Origin: Crocinitomicaceae bacterium
GTDB taxonomy: Bacteria; Bacteroidota; Bacteroidia; Flavobacteriales_D; Crocinitomicaceae
Reading direction: 5' to 3'
DNA: 64,000 nt
Assembly: GCA_022448165.1 (NCBI GenBank)
Contig: JAKVAS010000001.1
Coordinates: 40,913 to 104,912, forward strand
Shown here one piece after another: positions 1 to 8,536 of this stretch; within the stretch, counting starts at the first letter, position 1; each line of letters begins with the position of its first letter. The translations under genes were made by a program, and so were the position numbers. The notes under the pieces are model-generated. The model was not told where the DNA came from. It saw nothing but the letters and a program-made list of their open reading frames with translations, and searched no databases.

Positions 1-1205
1 TCATCGTCTTGAACTTCAACAGCAAACGCGAGCCCATTGATCCCTGGGTTATGAAGGGCGGTAGCCCCTGTCAAATCAACTTCAGAAATATTATTGTCCC
101 ATAACCCATTTAATAAAGTAAAATTTCCCCCTATCGCTAGATTGCCATTTATTGTTTCCTCTGTGCAATTCAACCTAGAGTTCCCACCAGAAACATCAGC
201 ATATAATGTATTATCTAATGTTCCGTCACTATTTAGCAACGCTAATTTTTTTGCAGGTTGTCCATTAAAATTATTAAAGCTTCCACTTACGGCTATTTTA
301 CCTGTCGACAGTAGCTTTATATTCCAAATTTGAGCGTCCCCGATTCCATAATTAAATGTTGAGTCCAATGTTCCATCGTTATTTATTCGATAAACATAAT
401 TCGTGGACTGAAGTAAAGCCTTATCATCCGTTTGAACTTGAATTTTTCTCCAAGAGTTGGAAATGGTATTAAAAGTGTTATATGTAAAACCAGGTGATAC
501 ATTTCCGTTTGAGTTCAATTTTGCGTATCCCAAACACGAAACTCCACTTATTGCATTAAATTGACCCGCAATTATAATTTCTCCTGTACTAAATAGGTCG
601 ATATTACTAATCCAATCATTTGGACCTGCCCCTATATTAAAGGTCGGATCAATTGACCCGTCTGTATTCAACCGAACAATATAATTAGTGGGAGCACCAT
701 TCCATGTAGTAAAAAATCCACCTACTAAAATTTTTCCGTCAGGTTGAATTTTAATTGAACTAATGGAACCATTAGCAATGTTACCAATATTGAAGGTTGT
801 ATCAACAGTACCGTCTACATTCAATCGAACGATATTTCTAGATATTCCGTTGTAGAAAGAAAAAGCTCCACCGACTAGAATTTTACCATTGTCCTGAACG
901 TCAATTGCTAAAATGTGATATGAAGGGTTTACTTGGAGTTGATTAAAAGTAGGATCTAAGGCACCTGTAGGCGTAATGCGTGTTAAATACTTGGCAGGTT
1001 GTCCGTTATAATTTAAAAATTCACCCGCAACGATTCGATTTCCATCAGTTTGCTCAAAAATCAAAGTAATATCATCATCAGGCCCATCTAAATTTGCATA
1101 AAGAGACGTATCATATGGGTTGAAGCTAAGGTCCACGTTGCCATGTTGCCCAAAAGAAAGTTGAGTAAAAGAGAGTAGTACAGCTAATAAAACACTGATT
1201 TTCAT
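1..1205 (-). CDS. Secreted beta-propeller repeat protein (delta-60 / DUF5122-like repeats), N-terminal part. The ORF runs off the left edge.
   Basis: I translated the minus strand from the ATG at 1203-1205. It gives MKISVLLAVLLSFTQLSFGQ (signal peptide), then about seven ~50-aa units with (L/V/I)D(P/T/S)(T/S)FN and GKILVGG-type motifs. There is no stop down to position 1. It is absent from the supplied track because it has no in-window stop. Confidence 0.7.
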   Translation of the reverse strand, partial: MKISVLLAVLLSFTQLSFGQHGNVDLSFNPYDTSLYANLDGPDDDITLIFEQTDGNRIVAGEFLNYNGQPAKYLTRITPTGALDPTFNQLQVNPSYHILAIDVQDNGKILVGGAFSFYNGISRNIVRLNVDGTVDTTFNIGNIANGSISSIKIQPDGKILVGGFFTTWNGAPTNYIVRLNTDGSIDPTFNIGAGPNDWISNIDLFSTGEIIIAGQFNAISGVSCLGYAKLNSNGNVSPGFTYNTFNTISNSWRKIQVQTDDKALLQSTNYVYRINNDGTLDSTFNYGIGDAQIWNIKLLSTGKIAVSGSFNNFNGQPAKKLALLNSDGTLDNTLYADVSGGNSRLNCTEETINGNLAIGGNFTLLNGLWDNNISEVDLTGATALHNPGINGLAFAVEVQDD

Positions 1206-1471
1206 AATGTATGATTAAAACGTTATTACAACAATACAATTTTTTCACCCTGTTTTGGTAAGGTAAACCCTCATTTTATTAAAGCTATTTCGTTAGTACT
1301 TGATTATCTTCTTCAAGCCTATCGTTGTTTCGATAGTACTTTGGATAATTAGATGTTGCTTTTTCAAACTTTGGAATTCGATTTGATAATAATAGATCAC
1401 ATTCCTATCTCGGAATGAAGCTCTCAATCTCTATTACCAATTTGTTGTCGATGATAGTTCTAGTAATCATA

Positions 1472-2095
1472 TTACAATGTATTGAGTTCGTTTTTTAAGT
1501 TCTCGATTGCTTGCTCCTCGTAGTTGTCAATGAAGTACTTCGTGTAAAAGATTGAGGGTCTTTCTAATGTTTCTCTAATAAATCTCTTTCTTCCAATATT
1601 ATATAGGGTTTGAGGAGTACAAATAAACTCTTGTCTAACCTGTTTTGAATAAGTCTCATAGGCTTTCTCATCTGCCCCTAGTATTGATAGATCCATGTCC
1701 AAGAACAATTGAGACAAAGGATCTTTTGATTTATGTTTTTGTGTGTCTGTAATAATTTTTGCTGCAGCTATTATGATTGGATGAGTTATTCCTTGATTGA
1801 TGAACAATTGTTTCATCAATTCAGCACTTGCTGTTTCGTTCTTTGAACTTCCTGCTATGTATACCAAATCATGAAAGAATGCAGTAATTATTAGAGTTAT
1901 TCGATTAAACGTAACCAACTCTTGCTTATCAATTAGAAGTAAAAGTGAATAGACGTGATTCAAGGTGTGATAACACCTGCCACTTTCTTGATAAGGTTGT
2001 ATTATGTAATCAAAGAGTTTTCTTCCTGATTCATCTGTAATGTCAAAGTAATCCTGAACCTCTTCCCAGTGCTTGTATAGATCTTTTGTTTCCAT
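1472..2095 (-). CDS. HD-superfamily metal-dependent phosphohydrolase (COG4339-like)
   Basis: The 207-aa ORF has the H...HD...D pattern: YHTLNHV, FFHDLVY, LDMDLSILG. Confidence 0.6.
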   Translation of the reverse strand: METKDLYKHWEEVQDYFDITDESGRKLFDYIIQPYQESGRCYHTLNHVYSLLLLIDKQELVTFNRITLIITAFFHDLVYIAGSSKNETASAELMKQLFINQGITHPIIIAAAKIITDTQKHKSKDPLSQLFLDMDLSILGADEKAYETYSKQVRQEFICTPQTLYNIGRKRFIRETLERPSIFYTKYFIDNYEEQAIENLKNELNTL

Positions 2096-2146
2096 AATTC
2101 AAAGCTACCACGGACACGAAGGAGTTACATTGATGTATGTTAAGAT

Positions 2147-2770
2147 TTACTTTTTGGTTAACTCTTTTCGAATTCTACTAAGAGACTCAGGAGCTACACC
2201 AATATATGAAGCAATGTAATGATGAGGAATCATATTCATTAGGTTAGGGTATAACTTCAAAAACGATTCGTAACGTTCAGTAGCATTATGGTATTGAAGT
2301 GCTTCGATTCTTTCCATAGCCAATACGTAGTTGAATTCTGCCATTATTCTTCCAAATGTGTTAAGCCGTTCACTTTGTTTATAAAGTTTTAACCAATCAC
2401 TATACTTAATTGTAAGTAGTTCACCACCTTTAATACATTCAACAATTTCATTACTAGGGGACTTAGTTAGTAAAGAAACAAATGAAGCCACAAACGGATT
2501 TCTGCTCTCATAGTTGAAGTAGCTTGTTATTTCTTTTCCTTCTTCTAGTTTATAAACTCGATATATTCCAGAAACTACAAACTTTAGAGATTCACAAGTT
2601 TGATTCAGTCTTACGATTTCGTGTCCCTTTTTTATGAATTCCTTAGTAACATAACTACAAATAAGTTTCTTATCCGACTCATAAAGTTTCACTTTAAGCT
2701 CAATAAAATCGAATAGAGACTTTAACTCTTCTATGTAGCCTGTTTCACTCATTGTTACAAAGTTGTACAA
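2147..2770 (-). CDS. Crp/Fnr-family transcriptional regulator (cNMP-binding domain plus C-terminal HTH)
   Basis: The 207-aa ORF has the typical Crp size. The C-terminal HTH-like segment is IASYIGVAPESLSRIRKEL, and the central region resembles a beta-roll. Confidence 0.7.
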   Translation of the reverse strand: MYNFVTMSETGYIEELKSLFDFIELKVKLYESDKKLICSYVTKEFIKKGHEIVRLNQTCESLKFVVSGIYRVYKLEEGKEITSYFNYESRNPFVASFVSLLTKSPSNEIVECIKGGELLTIKYSDWLKLYKQSERLNTFGRIMAEFNYVLAMERIEALQYHNATERYESFLKLYPNLMNMIPHHYIASYIGVAPESLSRIRKELTKK

Positions 2771-2780
2771 ATACTCGAAC

Positions 2781-2823
2781 TTTTTCCGAGGAATTTGGGG
2801 AGGTTTTGAATCCCTCGGAAAAA
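2781..2823. repeat. 11-bp inverted repeat (TTTTTCCGAGG / CCTCGGAAAAA) with a 21-nt spacer, lying between the mnmE stop and the Crp start
   Basis: The arms are at 2781-2791 and 2813-2823 and are perfectly complementary. It may be a weak terminator or attenuator hairpin on the minus-strand transcript, but there is no clear U-tract. Confidence 0.3.
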
Positions 2824-2938
2824 CCTTGGGAATTTTTTGACCCTAAATGATGCTAAACATGGACTAATGAAAACACTCTACAGTCCTTGTGGGGTTTAAC
2901 TTACAGCAACTTTCATCTAGTTGCATTAAGTCTCCTTA

Positions 2939-4294
2939 TTACTTTCCAATACAAAACTTAGAAAATATATTTCCTAACAAATCATCTGTAGAAATATCAC
3001 CTGTAATTGTTCCTAGTTCAAACATTGCTTGTCTAATATCCATAGCAACCCAATCTGCAGATACGTTTGTTTCCAAACCATTTAGTGCTTTTTCCAATGC
3101 ATCCGCTGTATTACATAAGGCTCCATAATGACGAGCGTTTGAAATAATCGTTTCATTGGCCATATCAAAATCACCCGTTACTGCTGAAACAAGCCAACCC
3201 TTCAACTCTTCCACATTGGCACCTTGTTTAGCACTTATAGCAATTCCTTCAGTAGGAACCTTTTCAATTAAGTCCACTTTATTTACCAACATTTCAACCT
3301 TTTTATTCGGGTGATTTGCCTGTAATTCAGCTTTCCAGTCGGAAACACCTTGAATGCTGTGCTCCAACGTGGCATCTGCAAGACATAAAACAACGCTCGC
3401 TTGCTCAATTTTTTCCTTCGAGCGTTCAATTCCCATTGCTTCAATTTCTTCTGCCCCGTCACGAATTCCAGCAGTATCTATTAATCGAAATAAAATCCCT
3501 TCAATATTTAGTGTTTCCTCAATAACATCCCGTGTTGTTCCAGCAATGTCACTCACAATTGCTCGATCATCACCTAGCAATTGATTCAACAAAGTACTTT
3601 TTCCTGTGTTTGGCGCACCAACAATTGCTACTGGAACTCCATTTTTAATAGCATTTCCTAGTTCAAAAGAAGTTGCTAAACGACTCACATACTTCAAAAC
3701 ATCTTTTACCAATTGTTTTAACTCTGTGCGATCCGCAAATTCAACATCTTCTTCAGCAAAATCAAGTTCTAACTCCACCAGTGAAGCAAAATGAATCAAT
3801 TTTTCTCTCAGATCCTTTAAATCAGAACTAAATCCTCCACGTAATTGTTTCAAGGCAATATTATGTGCATTCTTCGATTGAGAAGCAATTAAATCAGCTA
3901 CTGCCTCAGCTTGAGACAAATCCAATTTACCATTTAAAAACGCTCGTTGTGTAAACTCACCTGGGTTCGCCAATCTACAGCCAGCACTTAATAATACTTG
4001 AATAATTTGTTGTTGGACATATGGAGATCCATGACACGAAATTTCAGCACTTTCTTCTCCTGTAAAACTCTTACCCTGTTGGAAAACCGCTATCAAAACC
4101 TCATCAATTGCTTCTCCTGATTGATTAGAAACTATTCCAAAATGCATTGTGTGGGACTGTTTTTTCGTGAGGTCTTTCGAAAAAATAGATGAAACGATTT
4201 TTAATGTTTCATTTCCTGAAACACGAATAACCCCTATTGCCCCAACCCCATTAGCCGTTGCGAGTGCACATATTGTATCTTGATTTCCCATCAT
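2939..4294 (-). CDS. mnmE: tRNA modification GTPase MnmE (TrmE)
   Basis: N-terminus DTICALATANGVGAIGVIRVSG, G-domain GAPNTGKSTLLN and DTAGIR, and the C-terminal CIGK motif. I prefer the start at the internal MMGNQD (4294) because the 23-aa upstream extension in the track ORF is hydrophobic and atypical. Confidence 0.93.
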   Translation of the reverse strand: MMGNQDTICALATANGVGAIGVIRVSGNETLKIVSSIFSKDLTKKQSHTMHFGIVSNQSGEAIDEVLIAVFQQGKSFTGEESAEISCHGSPYVQQQIIQVLLSAGCRLANPGEFTQRAFLNGKLDLSQAEAVADLIASQSKNAHNIALKQLRGGFSSDLKDLREKLIHFASLVELELDFAEEDVEFADRTELKQLVKDVLKYVSRLATSFELGNAIKNGVPVAIVGAPNTGKSTLLNQLLGDDRAIVSDIAGTTRDVIEETLNIEGILFRLIDTAGIRDGAEEIEAMGIERSKEKIEQASVVLCLADATLEHSIQGVSDWKAELQANHPNKKVEMLVNKVDLIEKVPTEGIAISAKQGANVEELKGWLVSAVTGDFDMANETIISNARHYGALCNTADALEKALNGLETNVSADWVAMDIRQAMFELGTITGDISTDDLLGNIFSKFCIGK

Positions 4295-4401
4295 CCTTGC
4301 AAAAATAGGAAAACAAGTTAAAGCAAGACCAAACAATACCCCTGACGCATTTCGACACATCAAAAAATATCTTCGTTGAAACTAATTTAAACTTAAAATC
4401 A

Positions 4402-4650
4402 ATGAATAATACTCTTCAATCGACAGCCATCAATCAAACCGTTCTTGTGTTTAAAACATCCGTAAAAAAACTAGAAGAAATAAACATACTAAAGTCATGT
4501 TTAAATGAATTAACCCATAACGGAAGATGGAATTTTGACCTTGAAGATTGTGATAATATTCTTAAAGTGGTTTCAAATAAAAACCTTAAATCTAAAATAA
4601 TTAGCGCTCTAACGGTCAATGGTTTTTACTGCGAAGAGCTCAATGATTAA
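4402..4650 (+). CDS. Hypothetical small protein (82 aa)
   Basis: It is the only sizeable ORF in this gap and I recognise no motif. The antisense 61-aa ORF is less plausible. Confidence 0.4.
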   Translation: MNNTLQSTAINQTVLVFKTSVKKLEEINILKSCLNELTHNGRWNFDLEDCDNILKVVSNKNLKSKIISALTVNGFYCEELND

Positions 4651-4756
4651 CGGATAAACAACTTATATAAAACGTTCAGCAGAAAAACACCTCTGACACA
4701 CCATGACACCACCGAAAATAACTTTGCAACACAGTAAAACGAAAAAATAAATAATT

Positions 4757-5128
4757 ATGAAAAATGCAATCAATTGGTTTGAAATCCCAGTTACCGATTT
4801 CAACAGGGCAAAGAAGTTTTATTCTACTCTTATGGGAAATGACCTGACAGATTATGAAATGCCAGACGGACAATATGCAGTATTTCCATACGACCCTGAA
4901 AACAATGGTATTAGTGGGGGAATAATAAAAATGAAAGATTTAATTCCTTCACAAAACGGTGTTACCATTTACTTAAACGGAGGAGAAGACCTTAATGGTC
5001 AATTAGCAAAAGTTGAACCTGCTGGAGGAACAGTAATCATTCCCAAAACCGCAATTGGAGAAAATGGCTTTTTTGCTCAATTTATTGATACTGAAGGAAA
5101 CCGAATCGCTCTTCACTCAATGTCTTAG
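4757..5128 (+). CDS. VOC (glyoxalase/bleomycin-resistance fold) family protein
   Basis: The 123-aa ORF has the N-terminus INWFEIPVTDFNRAKKFYSTL and a C-terminus FIDTEGNRIALHS, typical of single-domain VOC proteins. Confidence 0.7.
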   Translation: MKNAINWFEIPVTDFNRAKKFYSTLMGNDLTDYEMPDGQYAVFPYDPENNGISGGIIKMKDLIPSQNGVTIYLNGGEDLNGQLAKVEPAGGTVIIPKTAIGENGFFAQFIDTEGNRIALHSMS

Positions 5129-5183
5129 TGAATTTAAACCCTATTAAAGGTAAGAAAGTGCATACTATAATGTTTGCACTTTT

Positions 5184-5627
5184 TTATTTGCGCTTACCCG
5201 CAAAAAATGTCTTCATTAATTCAGAGCAGTCTGCCTCCATAACACCAGATACAATTTTCGTTTTTGGGTGGTATAAGTCCCCTTTTAAAGAAGCACCTCG
5301 CTTTTCATCAAAAGCACCAAAAACAACCTTGTCTACCTGCGACCAATACAACGCACCTCCACACATTACACAAGGTTCAAGAGTAACATACAGTGTACAG
5401 CCCTTTAGATATTTACCTCCCAAAAAATCTGCTGCTGCCGTTATTGCTTGCATTTCTGCATGTGCAGTAACATCTGTTAATTTCTCTGTGAGGTTATGTG
5501 CTCGTGCAATTATTCTTTCATTTGCAACCACTACTGCCCCCACAGGAATTTCATCTTGCTCAAAAGCTTTTTGCGCTTCCAAAAGCGCTTGTTTCATAAA
5601 ATATTCGTCGTTATATGGGGTAATCAT
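5184..5627 (-). CDS. tadA: tRNA-specific adenosine deaminase TadA
   Basis: Zinc-binding motifs HAEMQAI and PCVMCGGAL; 147 aa. Confidence 0.9.
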   Translation of the reverse strand: MITPYNDEYFMKQALLEAQKAFEQDEIPVGAVVVANERIIARAHNLTEKLTDVTAHAEMQAITAAADFLGGKYLKGCTLYVTLEPCVMCGGALYWSQVDKVVFGAFDEKRGASLKGDLYHPKTKIVSGVMEADCSELMKTFFAGKRK

Positions 5628-5683
5628 ACTTCGAAAGTAGCAATTTCATTTGCTAACATCACAGAAATCGTATTTTTGAAATT

Positions 5684-6583
5684 ATGAGTTTGTTTCCACC
5701 CCATTTACAAAAAGGCGATACCATCGCAATTGTAGCTCCTGCCAAAGCGATTGAAAAACACCTAATTGAAAAAGCCGTTTCTTTTTTTGAAGAACAAGGG
5801 TTTCGTGTTATTGTTGGTGAGAACTGTTTGAAACAGCATCATTATTTTTCTGGAACCATTTTGGAGCGACTTTCAGATTTCCAGCACGCTTTAGATGACC
5901 CATCAGTAAAAGCTATTATCTGTGCTCGCGGAGGGTATGGGTGCGTCCAACTCGTTGATAGAATTCAATGGGCTTCACAATTACGTGAACCAAAATGGAT
6001 CGTTGGGTTTAGTGATGTCACTGTTTTTCACCAGCGCTCGCTTTTAATGGGAATTCCAGCAATTCACGGAAGTATGCCTTTAAATTTTGAAGATAATACA
6101 ACTCTTGCTCTTCGAACTCTTGTAAAAGCGTTAAATGGCACTAACTATAGCATCAAAGCAAATCATGATCCATCCAACAAACTAGGCATCGCAACAGGAA
6201 AACTTGTTGGAGGAAACTTGTCAATTCTTTATAGTTTATTAGGAACTGATGATCAGATTAGTTATTCAGGAACCATTCTATTTATTGAAGACCTTTCCGA
6301 ACAAATTTATCACTTAGACCGTATCTTTCATGCGTTTGAAAAGGCAGGTGTTCTCGATAGAATAAAAGGCCTTATCGTTGGGGGAATGACTGATTTGAAA
6401 GATACTGCTGTTCCTTTTGGAATGAGTTATGAGGAGGTTATTCTCTCCCATTTTGAATATCGTCGTATTCCAATTGGTTTTGGTTTTCCTGCTGGGCACA
6501 TTGCCGATAATCAAGCGCTAATCCTCGGCAAAGATGTGATGCTCACGATAGAAAAAAGTGGTTCTACCCTAAAATATTTATAG
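5684..6583 (+). CDS. LD-carboxypeptidase (peptidase S66, muramoyl-tetrapeptide carboxypeptidase-like)
   Basis: The nucleophile motif VGFSDVT is present, the C-terminus has a GHxxxN-type motif (PAGHIADNQ), and the ORF is 299 aa. Confidence 0.85.
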   Translation: MSLFPPHLQKGDTIAIVAPAKAIEKHLIEKAVSFFEEQGFRVIVGENCLKQHHYFSGTILERLSDFQHALDDPSVKAIICARGGYGCVQLVDRIQWASQLREPKWIVGFSDVTVFHQRSLLMGIPAIHGSMPLNFEDNTTLALRTLVKALNGTNYSIKANHDPSNKLGIATGKLVGGNLSILYSLLGTDDQISYSGTILFIEDLSEQIYHLDRIFHAFEKAGVLDRIKGLIVGGMTDLKDTAVPFGMSYEEVILSHFEYRRIPIGFGFPAGHIADNQALILGKDVMLTIEKSGSTLKYL

Positions 6584-6586
6584 ACT

Positions 6587-7177
6587 CTACCTGTGGGCTT
6601 TTATAAATGCCGTAGGGTCAATATACCCGTTGGTATTTCTACTATAACCACCGCCTATAGGCATTCCGATTACGTCTCTCATTTCAAAATGAAGATGTGC
6701 GAGATATTGTCCGTGTGCATTACCAATTGTTCCAATCTGATCTCCTCTATTCACCCACCTATTTTCACAAATGAGTATTGTATCACAATGTGCATATAGC
6801 GACTCAACCTTAATTCCATTAGATAAAAAATGGCTTATTCGAATTACGTTTCCCCAACCACCATGTTCATCTTTTGCAATAGTTACAAAACCATTAGCAA
6901 CAGCGTAAATTGGATCTCCAAGATCACTGTTACCTCCACCAAGACCATTCCAGTCATCACCTAAATGAGCATTTTTCCCAAAACCCTGAGCGTTATAGTA
7001 ACCCTTCGCGTTCGGTTTGCCCACGGGAAAATCAAAGTGATCTGCAATATGCTCATTTTTAACCCGTAAGGTGTCCATGACCAAACTAGTCGCTTGAATA
7101 CTTGAAGTGGTATAACTATCCGAAGAATTAGTACAAGCCAATAAGATCAGACTTATTAAAAAAATGATTGTTTTCAT
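6587..7177 (-). CDS. M23-family metallopeptidase lipoprotein
   Basis: Lipobox LLAC; M23 motifs HLGDDW and HLHFEMR; 196 aa. Confidence 0.85.
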   Translation of the reverse strand: MKTIIFLISLILLACTNSSDSYTTSSIQATSLVMDTLRVKNEHIADHFDFPVGKPNAKGYYNAQGFGKNAHLGDDWNGLGGGNSDLGDPIYAVANGFVTIAKDEHGGWGNVIRISHFLSNGIKVESLYAHCDTILICENRWVNRGDQIGTIGNAHGQYLAHLHFEMRDVIGMPIGGGYSRNTNGYIDPTAFIKAHR

Positions 7178-7250
7178 ATAAACACAATGTCCTTATTCCG
7201 AAAAATAACAACGAAAAAAACAGTCATAAGCCAAGAAATTAAAATTATTC

Positions 7251-7577
7251 TTAATAAATCACAAAGCGACGCTTAACACTTTGTCCACCCTTGGTAATAA
7301 GTGCAACATATGTTCCTTTTCCAAGTTCTTCTATTAACTTTCCATTCTCAGAAATTTCCCAAGTGCCAACATATGTACCTTTCATGCTTACAATTTGACA
7401 CATCGCGCCTTTAGGAGCAGTAATTGTTATTAAATCCGGAGAAGGGTTTGGAGAAATGCTCACATCCGTTAGAGCCAATTCTCTTTGATTACTAACTTTT
7501 ATAATTTCGTTTTCTTCAACTTGACTAAATACAGAAAACCCAATTAACGCAAATAGCATTATAATGTACTTTTTCAT
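7251..7577 (-). CDS. Small secreted protein made almost entirely of a T9SS type A C-terminal sorting domain
   Basis: Signal peptide MKKYIIMLFALIGFSVFSQ, a ~20-aa linker, then ISPNPSPDLITI...GTYVALI...KRRFVIY, which resembles a Por_Secre_tail domain. Confidence 0.55.
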   Translation of the reverse strand: MKKYIIMLFALIGFSVFSQVEENEIIKVSNQRELALTDVSISPNPSPDLITITAPKGAMCQIVSMKGTYVGTWEISENGKLIEELGKGTYVALITKGGQSVKRRFVIY

Positions 7578-7789
7578 ATTATTAGAGATTAACAGTTCGT
7601 TACCCTATAACGAAAATTAGCGCGTTTGTTACGAGGCTTTAACTTGAGGAAAAAACTAAGCTGTTAATAAACAGTTTTTTACACTTCAATAAAAATTGAG
7701 ATCAATCCAATAGGCTATAATTATCTGTCATTTATAATTTAAACTCAATCTAAATAAAGGCGAATCGAAGATCGTTCTTGATGAACTGT

Positions 7790-7797
7790 TAAATTTG
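7790..7797 (+). promoter_or_regulatory. Candidate Bacteroidetes -7 promoter box (TAAATTTG) for sdhCAB
   Basis: Exact match to TAnnTTTG, 52 nt upstream of the sdhC ATG. Confidence 0.4.
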
Positions 7798-7849
7798 TAC
7801 AAGAAAATTATATACGATTTAATCATAAAAAATTAGTAAATCAGCTATT

Positions 7850-8515
7850 ATGAAGTCTTCAATCGCACGTAAAGTGGCAATGGCACTTTCCGCATTCTTC
7901 TTGATGTTCTTCTTACTTCAACACTTTGCAATTAACATTACTGCAGTGTTCAGTCCGGAAACATTCAATGACATTTCGTACTTTATGGGAACAAACCCCG
8001 TAGTTCAGTACGCTCTTCAACCCGTTCTACTTTTCGGTGTGATCTTTCACTTCGTGATGGGTTTCATTTTAGAGTTAAAAAACAAAAGTGCGCGAGGCGG
8101 AGTGAAGTACGTTAAATATGCTGGAGGAGCCAATGCGAGCTGGATGAGCCGAAACATGATTTGGTCTGGTCTTGCAATCCTAGGATTCATGATATTTCAC
8201 TTTAATGATTTTTGGATTCCAGAAATCGTTGATAAGTTCGTTGAAGGAAACTCTCAAGAGGGAAAAGACTACTATCACCATGTAGTTACAATGTTTGAAA
8301 ACCCGATTCGAGTTGGTGTCTATGCTCTATCATTTGTATTCTTAGCGCTTCACTTATTACACGGGTTTAATTCTGCTTTTCAATCCGCAGGTGCGAATAA
8401 CAAATTCACCAGAGGTGGGCTTCAGAAGTTCGGGACTATTTATGCAATTTCAATTCCTCTAGGGTTCATTTTTATTGCTGTTTACCTTCACCTAGCTCAC
8501 GCAGGAGCTCATTAG
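7850..8515 (+). CDS. sdhC: Succinate dehydrogenase / fumarate reductase cytochrome b subunit, b558 family
   Basis: A 221-aa polytopic membrane protein with conserved His residues in its helices, immediately upstream of sdhA and sdhB. Confidence 0.85.
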   Translation: MKSSIARKVAMALSAFFLMFFLLQHFAINITAVFSPETFNDISYFMGTNPVVQYALQPVLLFGVIFHFVMGFILELKNKSARGGVKYVKYAGGANASWMSRNMIWSGLAILGFMIFHFNDFWIPEIVDKFVEGNSQEGKDYYHHVVTMFENPIRVGVYALSFVFLALHLLHGFNSAFQSAGANNKFTRGGLQKFGTIYAISIPLGFIFIAVYLHLAHAGAH

Positions 8516-8536
8516 AAACAGAAAATATTCGAAGAT

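Noticed and set aside
2939-4363. Longer N-terminal extensions proposed by the ORF track for mnmE (4363), ispG (16165), gltX (25278), the TlpA-like gene (38065), the LytTR regulator (43536), usp (53820), holB (56496) and gldH (59021)
   Set aside because: In each case an internal Met gives the canonical family N-terminus or a proper signal peptide or lipobox. For ispG and gltX a TAnnTTTG promoter box also lies inside the extension.
5128-5640. 170-aa + strand ORF overlapping tadA
   Set aside because: It is entirely antisense to a well-supported tadA gene with clear deaminase motifs, and its translation is low-complexity with no motifs. The same reasoning applies to the antisense ORFs at 3316-3794, 11553-11975, 22261-22719, 23575-24795, 26000-26917, 30130-30414, 36767-37430, 43372-43873, 47080-47400, 61469-62527 and 63118-63662.
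7660-7692. Short hairpin CTGTT-aata-AACAG followed by TTTTTT in the sdhC upstream region
   Set aside because: The stem is only 5 bp and AT-rich, and no + strand gene upstream needs termination. It is probably fortuitous.
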